Shown piece by piece: positions 16,502-25,233 of a stretch of DNA of 38,282 nt. The stretch covers positions 1 through 38,282 of the forward strand of contig JAVJSW010000013.1 of NCBI GenBank assembly GCA_040219255.1, given 5' to 3'. The DNA comes from Sumerlaeia bacterium. GTDB taxonomy: Bacteria; Sumerlaeota; Sumerlaeia; SLMS01; JAHLLQ01. The first letter of the stretch is position 1. Every line of letters starts with the position of its first letter. Under the pieces are notes generated by a model. It worked only from the letters and a program-made list of their open reading frames with translations. It was not told the DNA's origin and ran no database searches. Position numbers and translations under genes: made by a program.

Positions 16502-17728
16502 CGCGCAAATCTTGCATCGCTGGCCGTGTTCCTGCATGGCGCCCAGAATCGCTTCCTGCATGTCGTTGGTCGGGGTCATGCCCATGGTCCACAGGGCGTC
16601 CTCCTCGATGCCCTGACTGTAGAGGATCACCTCGTGGCGGCTGAGGAGTTCGAAGAAGCGCTGGGCCACCCACTGGCCCGGCAGGAATGTGCCGCCCGAT
16701 TCGAAGCGCTCGCAGAAACCCTTAAGCCCGCCGGCGCCGAGGAGCATTTCGCGCAGCGGCGTCGGGCCGAAGCCCATGCTCAATTCGGCCACCATGACGA
16801 TCGTTCCGTCGGGTTTGAGGACCGGCTCGACCGCGCACAAGGCGTCGATCAGTTTGAGCATGGTGGAGTCGTGGGGCAGGCCTCCGCTGGCGGCGACGAC
16901 GATGTCCATCGGTTCCTTGACGGTGATGGCCATCAGTTCGCGCATGCGGCCGACGGCCTCCATCCAGGCGGCCTCCGGTTCACCGGCGTAAACCTCCGAG
17001 ACCCGGCCCTCGGGCGTCACGGGACAGCAGACCGCCAGCGACACATCCGCCGCCTCGAGGGCCAACTTGCCCTGCGCCGTGAAGGGATTGCCATCGACGC
17101 ACCCGCGCACCGCCAGGGGATGGGACACGCTCTCGTAACCGTGCAGCCGCTTGGTCACTTTCTCGTAGGTCAGACCCGGGGTCAGCACCGTGCCCGGCCC
17201 TGTGAAACCATAGATCATGTGCGGCACGATGCAGGAGACGACGATCTTGAGATCCGCCTCGGCGAAGGCCCGGTTGAGGATCACGTCCGTCTCGCCGAGA
17301 CGCACGACGGCCTTCTTGTCCTTGGGATCGTGGAGGACGAGGTTGTAGCGGTTGGTGATCTCGGAGGGCACCATGAGCCGGACGTCGTAGTCCTGCTTCG
17401 GATTCCAGAGCGTATTGCTGAGGACGAGGGTGATCTGGTCCGGCCGCAGGTTGCTGTGGTCCTCGATGCATTCGAGGAAAACGGGAATCAGTTCGTTGAA
17501 GAGAGAGGGGTAAGCGGAGTCGATGGCGATGGCCACGGAGGAGCGGCCAGCGAGGAGGGCGGGGAAATCCTTGGAACCGCCGATCAGATTGTCGACGGCA
17601 TGGAGGACCTCGGCGTGTTCGTCGCCGGCGGATTCAAAGCGGCGGGGCCGATAGCACCGCCCATTGAGCCAATTGTCGGGAATATCCACATGGATCGTTC
17701 CTCCGCCAAAGGGTAGATTGACGTGCAT
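16442..17728 (-). CDS. LarA (lactate racemase, DUF2088)-like protein, catalytically divergent
   Basis: LHD, LN..FAEADL, PHMIYGFTG, PGL, GNPF, DIVVAASGGLPHD, GTIV, GFG follow the LarA pattern. Confidence 0.8.
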   Translation of the reverse strand: MHVNLPFGGGTIHVDIPDNWLNGRCYRPRRFESAGDEHAEVLHAVDNLIGGSKDFPALLAGRSSVAIAIDSAYPSLFNELIPVFLECIEDHSNLRPDQITLVLSNTLWNPKQDYDVRLMVPSEITNRYNLVLHDPKDKKAVVRLGETDVILNRAFAEADLKIVVSCIVPHMIYGFTGPGTVLTPGLTYEKVTKRLHGYESVSHPLAVRGCVDGNPFTAQGKLALEAADVSLAVCCPVTPEGRVSEVYAGEPEAAWMEAVGRMRELMAITVKEPMDIVVAASGGLPHDSTMLKLIDALCAVEPVLKPDGTIVMVAELSMGFGPTPLREMLLGAGGLKGFCERFESGGTFLPGQWVAQRFFELLSRHEVILYSQGIEEDALWTMGMTPTNDMQEAILGAMQEHGQRCKICALPDGPFGLARIQTAAASNA

Positions 17729-17936
17729 GGCTGCTGAACTCGCTCTCCTGCGTGAGATCCCGTCCGGATAAAGGAAACGCGGGTCCAGGGCCCCGTTCCC
17801 GATCCCCTACTTCAGAAGGGGAGAAGATATTCATTGGGCATTGGTGGGACGCGCGCGTCAACCCTTCGCAGCGAGGCTGCCGGAAAGCGGTTGCGAATTT
17901 CCACACTCGTTCCCGTCATTGGTCCCTTTCGACGCT

Positions 17937-19838
17937 CTATTTCAGGTCGTATTCCTGGATTTTCTTGCGCAGCGTGTTGCGGTGAATCCCCAGGATTTCC
18001 GAGGCCCGCACCTGATTGCCCCGGCAATGGGCCAGCACCCGGGCGATGTGCGCGCTCTCGATTTCGCTCAAAGGCGTTTGCGGACCGAAACGGTCGCCGG
18101 CGGGCGGGGACGCGGGGGCCTCCGGGGCCGGGGAGGGCCGCCGCGCAGGAAGCGGCACGAGCCGGATGTGATCGGGCAGAAGCACGCCGGCCTCGCACAG
18201 AAGCACCGCCCGTTCCAGACAGTTGGACAGTTCGCGGACGTTGCCGGGCCAGCCGTGGGCCAGCAGGGCGGCGCTCGTTTCCGCCGCCAGCCGGGGCAGC
18301 GCCCGGCCCATCGCCCGCGCGTGATAAGCGATAAAGTGCTCCGCCAGGAGCGGGATGTCCTCGGGCCGGTCGCGCAACGGCGGCAGTTCGATGGGCAGGA
18401 CGCTGATGCGGTGGTAGAGATCTTCGCGGAAACGCCCTTCGGCCACCTCGCGCTTCAAGTCCCGATTTGTGGCGCAGAGCAGCCGCACGTCGGCCCGCAG
18501 CAGGCGGCCGCTGCCGATGCGCTGGAAGGTATGCTCCTGCAGGAAGCGCAGCAGCTTGGGCTGGAGCCGGGGGCTCAACTCGCCGATTTCGTCGAGGAAC
18601 AAGGTCCCGCCGTTCGCTTCCTCCACATAGCCCCGCTGGGTCCGCACGGCGCCGGTGAAGGCGCCCTTTTCATGACCGAAGAGGAGGGACTCGAAGAGGT
18701 CTTCGGGCACCGCCGAGCAATTGATGGCGACGAAAGCGCCGCCGGACTTGCCGGCCTCCGACAGGCGATGGATTTCGCGGGCGACCACTTCCTTGCCGGT
18801 GCCCGTTTCGCCCTGGATCAGGATCGTGGCTCGCGACGGGGCCACCTTGGCGGCGACTTCTAGGACGTCCTTCATGGCGCGGCTTTCGCCGATCAGGGCG
18901 GTGTCCTGGGTGGCGTAGCGCAGGCGAAGCTGGAGGGCCTCGGCAGTCTGTCGCGATTCGATGAAGACGCCCAGAAGCCGGGCCACGGCGCGGGCCTGAC
19001 GCAGTTCGATAAGGGTGAAGGACTGGCCATCGCGGCGTTCGAGGTAAAGCACGCCCCGGCCCCGGTCCGCCGAGCCCAGCGGCAACGCCATCAGCGAGCG
19101 GCCCGGGCGGTCGCTCTCGCCCAGGGACGGGTGCGAAAACGCTTCGCTCGACCGGTTCATCAGCAGCGGCTTGCCGTCCTGATGGGCGCGCTCGATGGCT
19201 TCCCGGTCGGCGATCACGGCCTGGCTGTCGTTGCCGTTGTCTCGCGTCAGCACCACGGACGGCCTCAACCGGCGTGCCGCCGAGTCCCACAGCATCACCA
19301 GCGCCACGTCCGCGGCGAAGAGTTGGAGCAAGCGCTCGGCGGTGCGGGAGAGGGCGTCGCCGAAGGGGACGTCGGAGGTGTCGAAGAGTTCGCCCAGCCG
19401 GGTCACGAAGTCGAGGCCTTCGTCGCCGGTGCCGCCGGGCCCTTCGCGCTCGATGGTTTCGAGCACGGCGACCGGCGAGACCTCCATCGTCTCGTCCGTC
19501 GGCAGCGCCAGAACCACGGAGCAGTCGCTGTAGTCGGCGTTCTGGACGTCGAGGTCGGAGTCGAAGAGAAAGAGCGATTCGCCGATCATCAACTCGTCGT
19601 TCTTGAGCAGGGGGCGGGGGCGATCGAGCCGTTGGCGATTGAGCCAGGTGCCGTGGCGGCTGCCCAGATCCTCCACCATGTAGGCCAGATTGCGGCGGCG
19701 GATGCGGGCATGCTCGCGGCTGCATCCGGCGTCGGGCAACACCACGTCCATCGACTCGGCGCGGCCGAATCGCGTTTCGTCGCCCAGCGTCAGGCGAGTC
19801 CCCGTGAGCGGTCCGCGAATGGCGAGAAGGGTGGCCAT
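17937..19838 (-). CDS. FHA-GAF-sigma54 AAA+ enhancer-binding protein with Fis HTH
   Basis: FHA (GR...SREHA...DLGSRHGT), GETGTGKE, GAFTGA, LFLDEIG, WPGNVREL, LGIHRNTL. Confidence 0.95.
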   Translation of the reverse strand: MATLLAIRGPLTGTRLTLGDETRFGRAESMDVVLPDAGCSREHARIRRRNLAYMVEDLGSRHGTWLNRQRLDRPRPLLKNDELMIGESLFLFDSDLDVQNADYSDCSVVLALPTDETMEVSPVAVLETIEREGPGGTGDEGLDFVTRLGELFDTSDVPFGDALSRTAERLLQLFAADVALVMLWDSAARRLRPSVVLTRDNGNDSQAVIADREAIERAHQDGKPLLMNRSSEAFSHPSLGESDRPGRSLMALPLGSADRGRGVLYLERRDGQSFTLIELRQARAVARLLGVFIESRQTAEALQLRLRYATQDTALIGESRAMKDVLEVAAKVAPSRATILIQGETGTGKEVVAREIHRLSEAGKSGGAFVAINCSAVPEDLFESLLFGHEKGAFTGAVRTQRGYVEEANGGTLFLDEIGELSPRLQPKLLRFLQEHTFQRIGSGRLLRADVRLLCATNRDLKREVAEGRFREDLYHRISVLPIELPPLRDRPEDIPLLAEHFIAYHARAMGRALPRLAAETSAALLAHGWPGNVRELSNCLERAVLLCEAGVLLPDHIRLVPLPARRPSPAPEAPASPPAGDRFGPQTPLSEIESAHIARVLAHCRGNQVRASEILGIHRNTLRKKIQEYDLK

Positions 19839-19991
19839 GAAAAGCTTTTCCAGCCGTCTTTCTAAAATCTCCAACTAAGTCACCGTTTCCAAACCGCCCA
19901 CCCGCAACAAGGCCAAAATGCCACACCGTGCGCTTTGCACCGTCTTTCCCCCTTGGCTTGGTGGAAACCGCCCGCCCAAAATCCCACCGCT

Positions 19992-21017
19992 ATGAAACCC
20001 GACACCCCTTTCCTGACCATCGTCATCCCGGTGTTCAACGGCGCCCCGTACCTGCGCGATGCCATTGAATCCGTGATGGCGCAAAGCGATCCACCGGCCG
20101 AGCTGTATGTGCTCGATAATGCCAGCACCGATGAGACGCCAACGGTTCTGGCGGAAGCCTTGGCCGCCTCGCCACCCGTTCCCATCCGCGTCGACCGCAA
20201 TCCGGAAACCATCCCCGGCCCCGCCAATTGGGCCCGAGCCGCCACTGGGGTGCGAACGCCGTTCTTCAGCGTTCTGCCCGCCGACGACACGATCGAGCCC
20301 GCCTTCGCCGCCAGCGTCCGCCGCGCCCTGATCGCTCGGCCGGATGCGGAGTTCCTGTTCTGCTGCGCCTTTCACGCGATGAACGCGGCGGGCGAAGTCA
20401 CTAAACTGCGAGACTTCCGGGACCCGCGTTGGACCGGGGCGGCGGACCGTCAGGCGTTCCTCGACCGGCTCTGCAAAGGCATGCCTTTCTCGCCCGCTGG
20501 GGTGGTCCTCGCGAAAGAGGCCTACGACCGGGTCGGCGGCTATGACGCCGGGTTCGCCGGGACCTTCGACTACGACTTCTTCCTGCGCATCTGCGGTCAA
20601 GCCCGGGGGCTTTACGGCCTTGAGGAACCATTGGCCCGTTGCCGCTACCACGACCGGTCCTGGACCTCGGGTCAGCACCTGGACGGCCCGCCGGATCTGG
20701 AGCGGTTGCTAAGTAAGCTGGGCGGTTACGATTTCCTGTCGGAGAGTCAAAAGCGATCAGTCGTCGAAGGGGCTTGCGACGTGGTAAGGCAGACAGTCTC
20801 GCGGCGTCTGCGCACACCCGAAATAGGGGACGTTGCAATTTTGAAAGCACGGAAGAATGCGGAGGCGAGACTGCGTCGGTGGCAGACCCAATTCCCCGAG
20901 ATATCACAGTTTGTGAGGATAGCACCAACTCCAGGAAACCCCATGCTCTTGTGGCATGCCTCGCGATGGCGCTTGCTCATACCATTGATTCGGGACCTGT
21001 TATGTCGATATCGATAA
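19992..21017 (+). CDS. Glycosyltransferase family 2
   Basis: IVIPVFNG, LDNASTDET, PADD, VGGYD...DYDF. Confidence 0.9.
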   Translation: MKPDTPFLTIVIPVFNGAPYLRDAIESVMAQSDPPAELYVLDNASTDETPTVLAEALAASPPVPIRVDRNPETIPGPANWARAATGVRTPFFSVLPADDTIEPAFAASVRRALIARPDAEFLFCCAFHAMNAAGEVTKLRDFRDPRWTGAADRQAFLDRLCKGMPFSPAGVVLAKEAYDRVGGYDAGFAGTFDYDFFLRICGQARGLYGLEEPLARCRYHDRSWTSGQHLDGPPDLERLLSKLGGYDFLSESQKRSVVEGACDVVRQTVSRRLRTPEIGDVAILKARKNAEARLRRWQTQFPEISQFVRIAPTPGNPMLLWHASRWRLLIPLIRDLLCRYR

Positions 21018-21105
21018 TTACACTATTCCAGATTGCGAATACGCCACTGCTCCATCTACGCAGATTTTCACTCTTCTCACTTCTTATTATGAACAGCAAT
21101 TCGTC

Positions 21106-22242
21106 ATGATCCGAGTTCTCGTCCGCCCCGTTTACAGTTCCATGAAGGCCAATCGGCTGTTCGAAAGGCGCCACGATTTCGCCGATCACTGGATGGAGCC
21201 CTATGCCCGCCTGAGGGAAATCGGTCTGGAGCAGGGGGTGCGATTCGACACCTGGGACCTGGGAGATCCGGAGGCGGCGGATGTCGTCCTGTTCCAGGAC
21301 CTGCCGCTGACCCGGGCACGGTTCGAGGCGCAGCTCGCCCGCTTCCCCCGCGCCGCCCGGGTGCTGCAACTGATCGAGTCGCCTCTGGATCGGAGGCATC
21401 TGCACCGGCCGGAAAACCACGCTGCTTTTAACGCGATAAGCACCTGGAACCACGAACTTTTGGCGAAAGGCGATCAATACGTTCGCTACGCCCTTCCTCT
21501 CGGCCGGCCGGACACGCCGGAGGCCAACCTGCCTTTTGCCGAGCGCAAGCCCCTGGTGCTGCTGAATTCGAACCGCCGCGCGGGATGGCTCGGCCGCCGC
21601 CGCGAGGGACTGGCCGGGTGGCCTGGACTGGGCGTGGCCTTCACGGGATGGAAGGCGCATGCCTCGGACGTGCTCCGCCCGGCCCAAGGCGAACTCTACT
21701 CGCGCCGCCGCCGTATCGCCTCGCTGGCCGAGGACCGCTTCCCCGGCGTCCTGGAGATCTACGGCCAAGGCTGGCGCGGCGAGGAGCGTCTCGGCTGGGC
21801 GGGAGGCGTGCTGCCAACGCGCCGCTACCGCATCGCCCAAGGCCCCTTTCGCGGGAACAAGACCGAGCTGCTGGCGCGCTATCGCTTTGTGCTGGCGTTC
21901 GAAAATGTCTGTGGGGACTTAGGTTACATCAGCGAGAAAATCTTCGACCCGATGTTTGCGGGGGCCGTGCCGATTTACCTGGGGGACGCGCGGATCACGG
22001 ACGTCGTGCCGGAGGACGCGTTTGTGGACGCGCGGCGGTTCGCCTCGGACCGCGAGATGCTGGCGTGGGTGCGGGATTGTTCAGAGGCGGAGTGGCAGAG
22101 GCTGCGTGAGGGCGCGGTGCGTTTCCTGGCGGGCGAGGACCGGCAGGGCCGGACGCTGGCACCCTTCGAGCCGGAGGCCTTTGCCGAGGCCATGCTGAAA
22201 GCCGTTCAGGTGGCCCTCGCCAATCATAGCGCGGAGCATTGA
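21106..22242 (+). CDS. Glycosyltransferase family 10 (alpha-1,3/4-fucosyltransferase-like)
   Basis: YRFVLAFEN...GYISEKIFD...AGAVPIYLG motif. Confidence 0.85.
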   Translation: MIRVLVRPVYSSMKANRLFERRHDFADHWMEPYARLREIGLEQGVRFDTWDLGDPEAADVVLFQDLPLTRARFEAQLARFPRAARVLQLIESPLDRRHLHRPENHAAFNAISTWNHELLAKGDQYVRYALPLGRPDTPEANLPFAERKPLVLLNSNRRAGWLGRRREGLAGWPGLGVAFTGWKAHASDVLRPAQGELYSRRRRIASLAEDRFPGVLEIYGQGWRGEERLGWAGGVLPTRRYRIAQGPFRGNKTELLARYRFVLAFENVCGDLGYISEKIFDPMFAGAVPIYLGDARITDVVPEDAFVDARRFASDREMLAWVRDCSEAEWQRLREGAVRFLAGEDRQGRTLAPFEPEAFAEAMLKAVQVALANHSAEH

Positions 22243-22260
22243 TTCACAACAGCTTACGCC

Positions 22261-23568
22261 TTATTCTTCCTCATCAGGCGACCCATCCGAGTCCATCAGG
22301 TGCAGATAGACATCGGCTTCGGCAAGCTTCGGTTCGTCCTCGCCGATGCGCGAGGCCAACTCCGCCCTCAGGATTTGGGCGCGGGCGCTGTCGCCTTCGT
22401 CGATGGCTCGGAAAAGGGCGGCGATGTCGGCCTCGGCGCGCGAGTCCCGGGCGGCGCCGTCCATCAGCGTTTCCAGGATCGCGTTGCTGTCTCGGCCATA
22501 GGCGAATTGCGCCGCGAAGGGCTGGACCGTGCCGGTCTCGGGGTCGTTGAGGAGGAGCAGCACGCTCTCGGCGGCGACCTGGCCGAGGACCTGGGGCGAG
22601 TGGGTCGAGACGATGAACTGGAGGTTGGGGAAGGCGGCCTCGAGGTTCGCGATCACCGTACGTTGCCAGCGCGGATGGAGGTGCAGTTCGATCTCGTCGA
22701 TCAGGACGACTCCGGAGCCATGGAGCGGGTCCGCGGCCCCCTCGTTCAGCATCGCGAGACGCCGGGCGATGTCGCCGGCGAGGGCCAGCAGACTGCGTTC
22801 GCCGTTGGACAGGCGGGTTACGTCCAACTCGCCCGTCATGCCGTCCTTGCTCAGGACCATGGTCTGGCTGCGGCGGGCGATGCGCAGGTTCCGATAGCCC
22901 GGCAGGAACGATTCGACCGCGCGGCGCACTGCCTGGAGCGCCGGGTCGCGGTGGTCGAAGGCCTCCGGCGAGCGCAGGCGCTCTTCGTTTTCCAGGTCTT
23001 CGCGCAAGCGAAACCACTGGAAGAAACTCTGGAAGTCGCTCGAGCCAAAAACGGGGCCGCTGCCGTAGGCCTCCCAGGGATCGAAATCTTCCTCCGCGCG
23101 GGAACTGCATGCGCCGGGCAAAGCACTCTCGACGCTGCGGTTGACGCGATAGTAGGCGACGAGCGGCGGGGCGGCGGCGGTTTCCTCGATGCGGCGCACG
23201 AGGGATTCGAGGCCTTCCGCGTTCAGGACCGTGTCCAAGGCGCCCCGGCGCCAATGCTGGCGGGCTCGGGACGCGCGCACGGACCAGACCATCTCCTCGC
23301 CGGCCCATTGCACCGTGATGGCGGCGCGCATGTCGGGCGCCTCGACCATCAGGTCGCTCGGCGCGATCAGAGCCGCCGGGTCCGTCTGGCGATGCATCAA
23401 GTCGTTCACCAGCAAGCGCAGCAGCATGGCCGCGCCGTCGAGGAGCGACGACTTGCCCGCCCCGTTGATCCCCGCCAGAACGGTCGTGCGGGTGCGCTCG
23501 GGGCCGAGGTCGAGCGTCACATCGCGAATGCCGCGGAAATTCTGGAGCCGAAGGGTCTTGAGGCGCAT
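22261..23568 (-). CDS. ABC-type AAA_21/AAA_15 ATPase, PtuA-like
   Basis: LQNFRGI, Walker A GINGAGKS, signature LSNGER, Walker B/D-loop LIDEIELHLHP, STHSPQ, YGRDSNAIL. Confidence 0.9.
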   Translation of the reverse strand: MRLKTLRLQNFRGIRDVTLDLGPERTRTTVLAGINGAGKSSLLDGAAMLLRLLVNDLMHRQTDPAALIAPSDLMVEAPDMRAAITVQWAGEEMVWSVRASRARQHWRRGALDTVLNAEGLESLVRRIEETAAAPPLVAYYRVNRSVESALPGACSSRAEEDFDPWEAYGSGPVFGSSDFQSFFQWFRLREDLENEERLRSPEAFDHRDPALQAVRRAVESFLPGYRNLRIARRSQTMVLSKDGMTGELDVTRLSNGERSLLALAGDIARRLAMLNEGAADPLHGSGVVLIDEIELHLHPRWQRTVIANLEAAFPNLQFIVSTHSPQVLGQVAAESVLLLLNDPETGTVQPFAAQFAYGRDSNAILETLMDGAARDSRAEADIAALFRAIDEGDSARAQILRAELASRIGEDEPKLAEADVYLHLMDSDGSPDEEE

Positions 23569-23571
23569 GGC

Positions 23572-24012
23572 CTATTCTGGGGCTTCGCCCTTCGCGGTGG
23601 ACAGGAAAATCACGCCGGGGACCTTGAAAACGGCGTGGGATTCGTCGTGCGGGGTCAGGAAATAATCCGCCTCGGCCGCCAGCGCCGCCGCCACATGCAG
23701 CGACTCCCAGCGGGGCAGGTTGTAGTCGATGGAAAGTTCGGTGGCGCGCAGGATGGTGCCGTCGGTGATGGGAACCGCCTCGCTGATTCGATGCTCCTGT
23801 ACCCACCCCCAGTATTCACCGAGGGGCCGGTCATGGTTGCGGGCAATCAAGGGCGCCAACTCAAGATAGTGGAGATTGCTGATGAGGTGGTCAAAGTTGC
23901 CCACGTTGAGAAAGTGCCTAGCGCGCTGAAACGGCCCCTCACGTCCATGAACGGCCTCGATAATCACGCTTGGAAAGACGTAACACAAGCTGTTCGTGGG
24001 GCTCCCGGTCAA
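23572..24012 (-). CDS. PIN/VapC-like protein, copy 1 (probable TTG start)
   Basis: PIN-like pattern ...LEL...ESLHVAAALAAEADYFLT; paralog of 24357-24782; TTG 1 nt after the upstream gene's stop. Confidence 0.7.
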   Translation of the reverse strand: MTGSPTNSLCYVFPSVIIEAVHGREGPFQRARHFLNVGNFDHLISNLHYLELAPLIARNHDRPLGEYWGWVQEHRISEAVPITDGTILRATELSIDYNLPRWESLHVAAALAAEADYFLTPHDESHAVFKVPGVIFLSTAKGEAPE

Positions 24013-24013
24013 T

Positions 24014-24238
24014 TCAGGACTCGAGCATCGCCTGAATTTCTTCGGCGGACAGCGGCTTTCCACCACGGGCGAAGTAGGCCTCACGAGCTTTATCCGCCAG
24101 TTCGTCAAACTTAGCAACGTCAGCCCGAATAGCTGACGGCGAGGAATCGCGCAAGCGTTCCTGCCGCGTGCGAACTCGTGGCAGTTTGAGCAAAGTTTCC
24201 CGCAGTTTTCTGAGCTGTTCGGACATTTCGGGTGTCAT
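24014..24238 (-). CDS. Small putative antitoxin, copy 1 (74 aa)
   Basis: GGAGG RBS before ATG 24238; directly upstream of the PIN gene; paralog of 24779-25024. Confidence 0.7.
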   Translation of the reverse strand: MTPEMSEQLRKLRETLLKLPRVRTRQERLRDSSPSAIRADVAKFDELADKAREAYFARGGKPLSAEEIQAMLES

Positions 24239-24275
24239 GCGTGGAAAGCCTCCTTCCCTCGAAAGTCTTTCCCAA

Positions 24276-24304
24276 AGCTTCACCTATGCGCCCCCATTCG
24301 TCAA
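24276..24304 (-). promoter_or_regulatory. Putative promoter of TA module copy 1
   Basis: TTGACG-N17-GAAGCT; both hexamers conserved in the duplicate while the spacer diverges. Confidence 0.45.
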
Positions 24305-24356
24305 GCGCCTTCGGATTTCCCGCGTTCCGGCGCGTGCGAGGCTTACGCCGATCAGC

Positions 24357-24782
24357 TTAAGCCGGCGGTTCGCCCTTCGCGGTGGACAGGAAAATCACGC
24401 CGGGGACCTTGAAAACGGCGTGGGATTCCTCGTGCGGGGTCAGGAAATAATCCGCCTCGGCGGCCAGCGCCGCTGCCACATGCAGCGACTCCCAGCGGGG
24501 CAGGTTGTAGTCGATGGAAAGTTCGGTGGCGCGCAGGATGGTGTCGTCGGTGATGGGAACCACCTTTTTCGTTCGATTTTCCTGGACCCAATCCCAAAAT
24601 TCGGAGAGCTGCCGGTCATGATTGCGCGCGACCAGTGGCGCCAACTCAAGATAGTGGAGTGTGCTGATGATGTGGTCGAACTTGGGGAAGTTGAGATAGT
24701 GCCTCGCTCGCTGAAAGGGCCCTTCTGGAGCATGAACGGCTTGGAAAATAACGCTCGGGAAGACGTAACAAGAGTTGCTCAT
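24357..24782 (-). CDS. PIN/VapC-like protein, copy 2
   Basis: ATGA overlap with upstream small gene; PIN-like C-terminal motif ESLHVAAA...FLT. Confidence 0.75.
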   Translation of the reverse strand: MSNSCYVFPSVIFQAVHAPEGPFQRARHYLNFPKFDHIISTLHYLELAPLVARNHDRQLSEFWDWVQENRTKKVVPITDDTILRATELSIDYNLPRWESLHVAAALAAEADYFLTPHEESHAVFKVPGVIFLSTAKGEPPA

Positions 24783-25024
24783 AGCGCTTCAGGAACTTTG
24801 TTGCCTTCGAGCATCTCCTGGATTTCTTCGGCAGACAGGAGCTTTCCACCACGAGCCAGGTAAGCCTCCCTTGCCTTATCGGCCAACTCGTTGAACCGGG
24901 CGATGTCGGTGTATGCCTTTGGAGGCGAAGGGTCGCGCAGCCGTTCTTCCCGCGTAGGAACTGGCTCCAGCTTCGAATAGGCTTCGCGCAATTGCTTGTA
25001 CGTTTCAGACGTTTTGGGCGGCAT
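24779..25024 (-). CDS. Small putative antitoxin, copy 2 (81 aa)
   Basis: GGAGG RBS before ATG 25024; shares ERLRD, ELADKAREAY, RGGK.LSAEEIQ.MLE with copy 1. Confidence 0.7.
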   Translation of the reverse strand: MPPKTSETYKQLREAYSKLEPVPTREERLRDPSPPKAYTDIARFNELADKAREAYLARGGKLLSAEEIQEMLEGNKVPEAL

Positions 25025-25061
25025 CGATGGAAAGCCTCCTCCCCTCGGAAGTCTTTCCCAA

Positions 25062-25090
25062 AGCTTCACCCATCCGCCAACATCCGTCAA
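25062..25090 (-). promoter_or_regulatory. Putative promoter of TA module copy 2
   Basis: TTGACG-N17-GAAGCT, same arrangement as copy 1. Confidence 0.45.
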
Positions 25091-25233
25091 GCCCCTTCGG
25101 ATTTCCCCCCTTCCCGCGGTGGCAGATCCCCGCTCGAATTCGGTTTGCGCGAAGAGCCCCTGGCGCGGCAGACTGCTTGCCTTGGACTTTGGCCCGCCAT
25201 GGCCAGAACGCGATGCTCCGCCCGGCCGGATTT

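Larger units (their letters stand above)
23584..25110 (-). repeat. Tandem duplication, unit about 785 bp (promoter-antitoxin-PIN)
   Basis: 23584-23776 vs 24369-24561 differ at about 4 of 193 nt; promoter/RBS blocks also align. Confidence 0.92.

Noticed and set aside
19840-19990. Sigma54 -24/-12 promoter near the enhancer-binding protein gene
   Set aside because: TGGC and TTGC are present but not at GG-N10-GC spacing.
24013-24117. N-terminal extension of PIN copy 1 in the ORF track
   Set aside because: Overlaps the antitoxin gene; paralog comparison puts the start near 24012.
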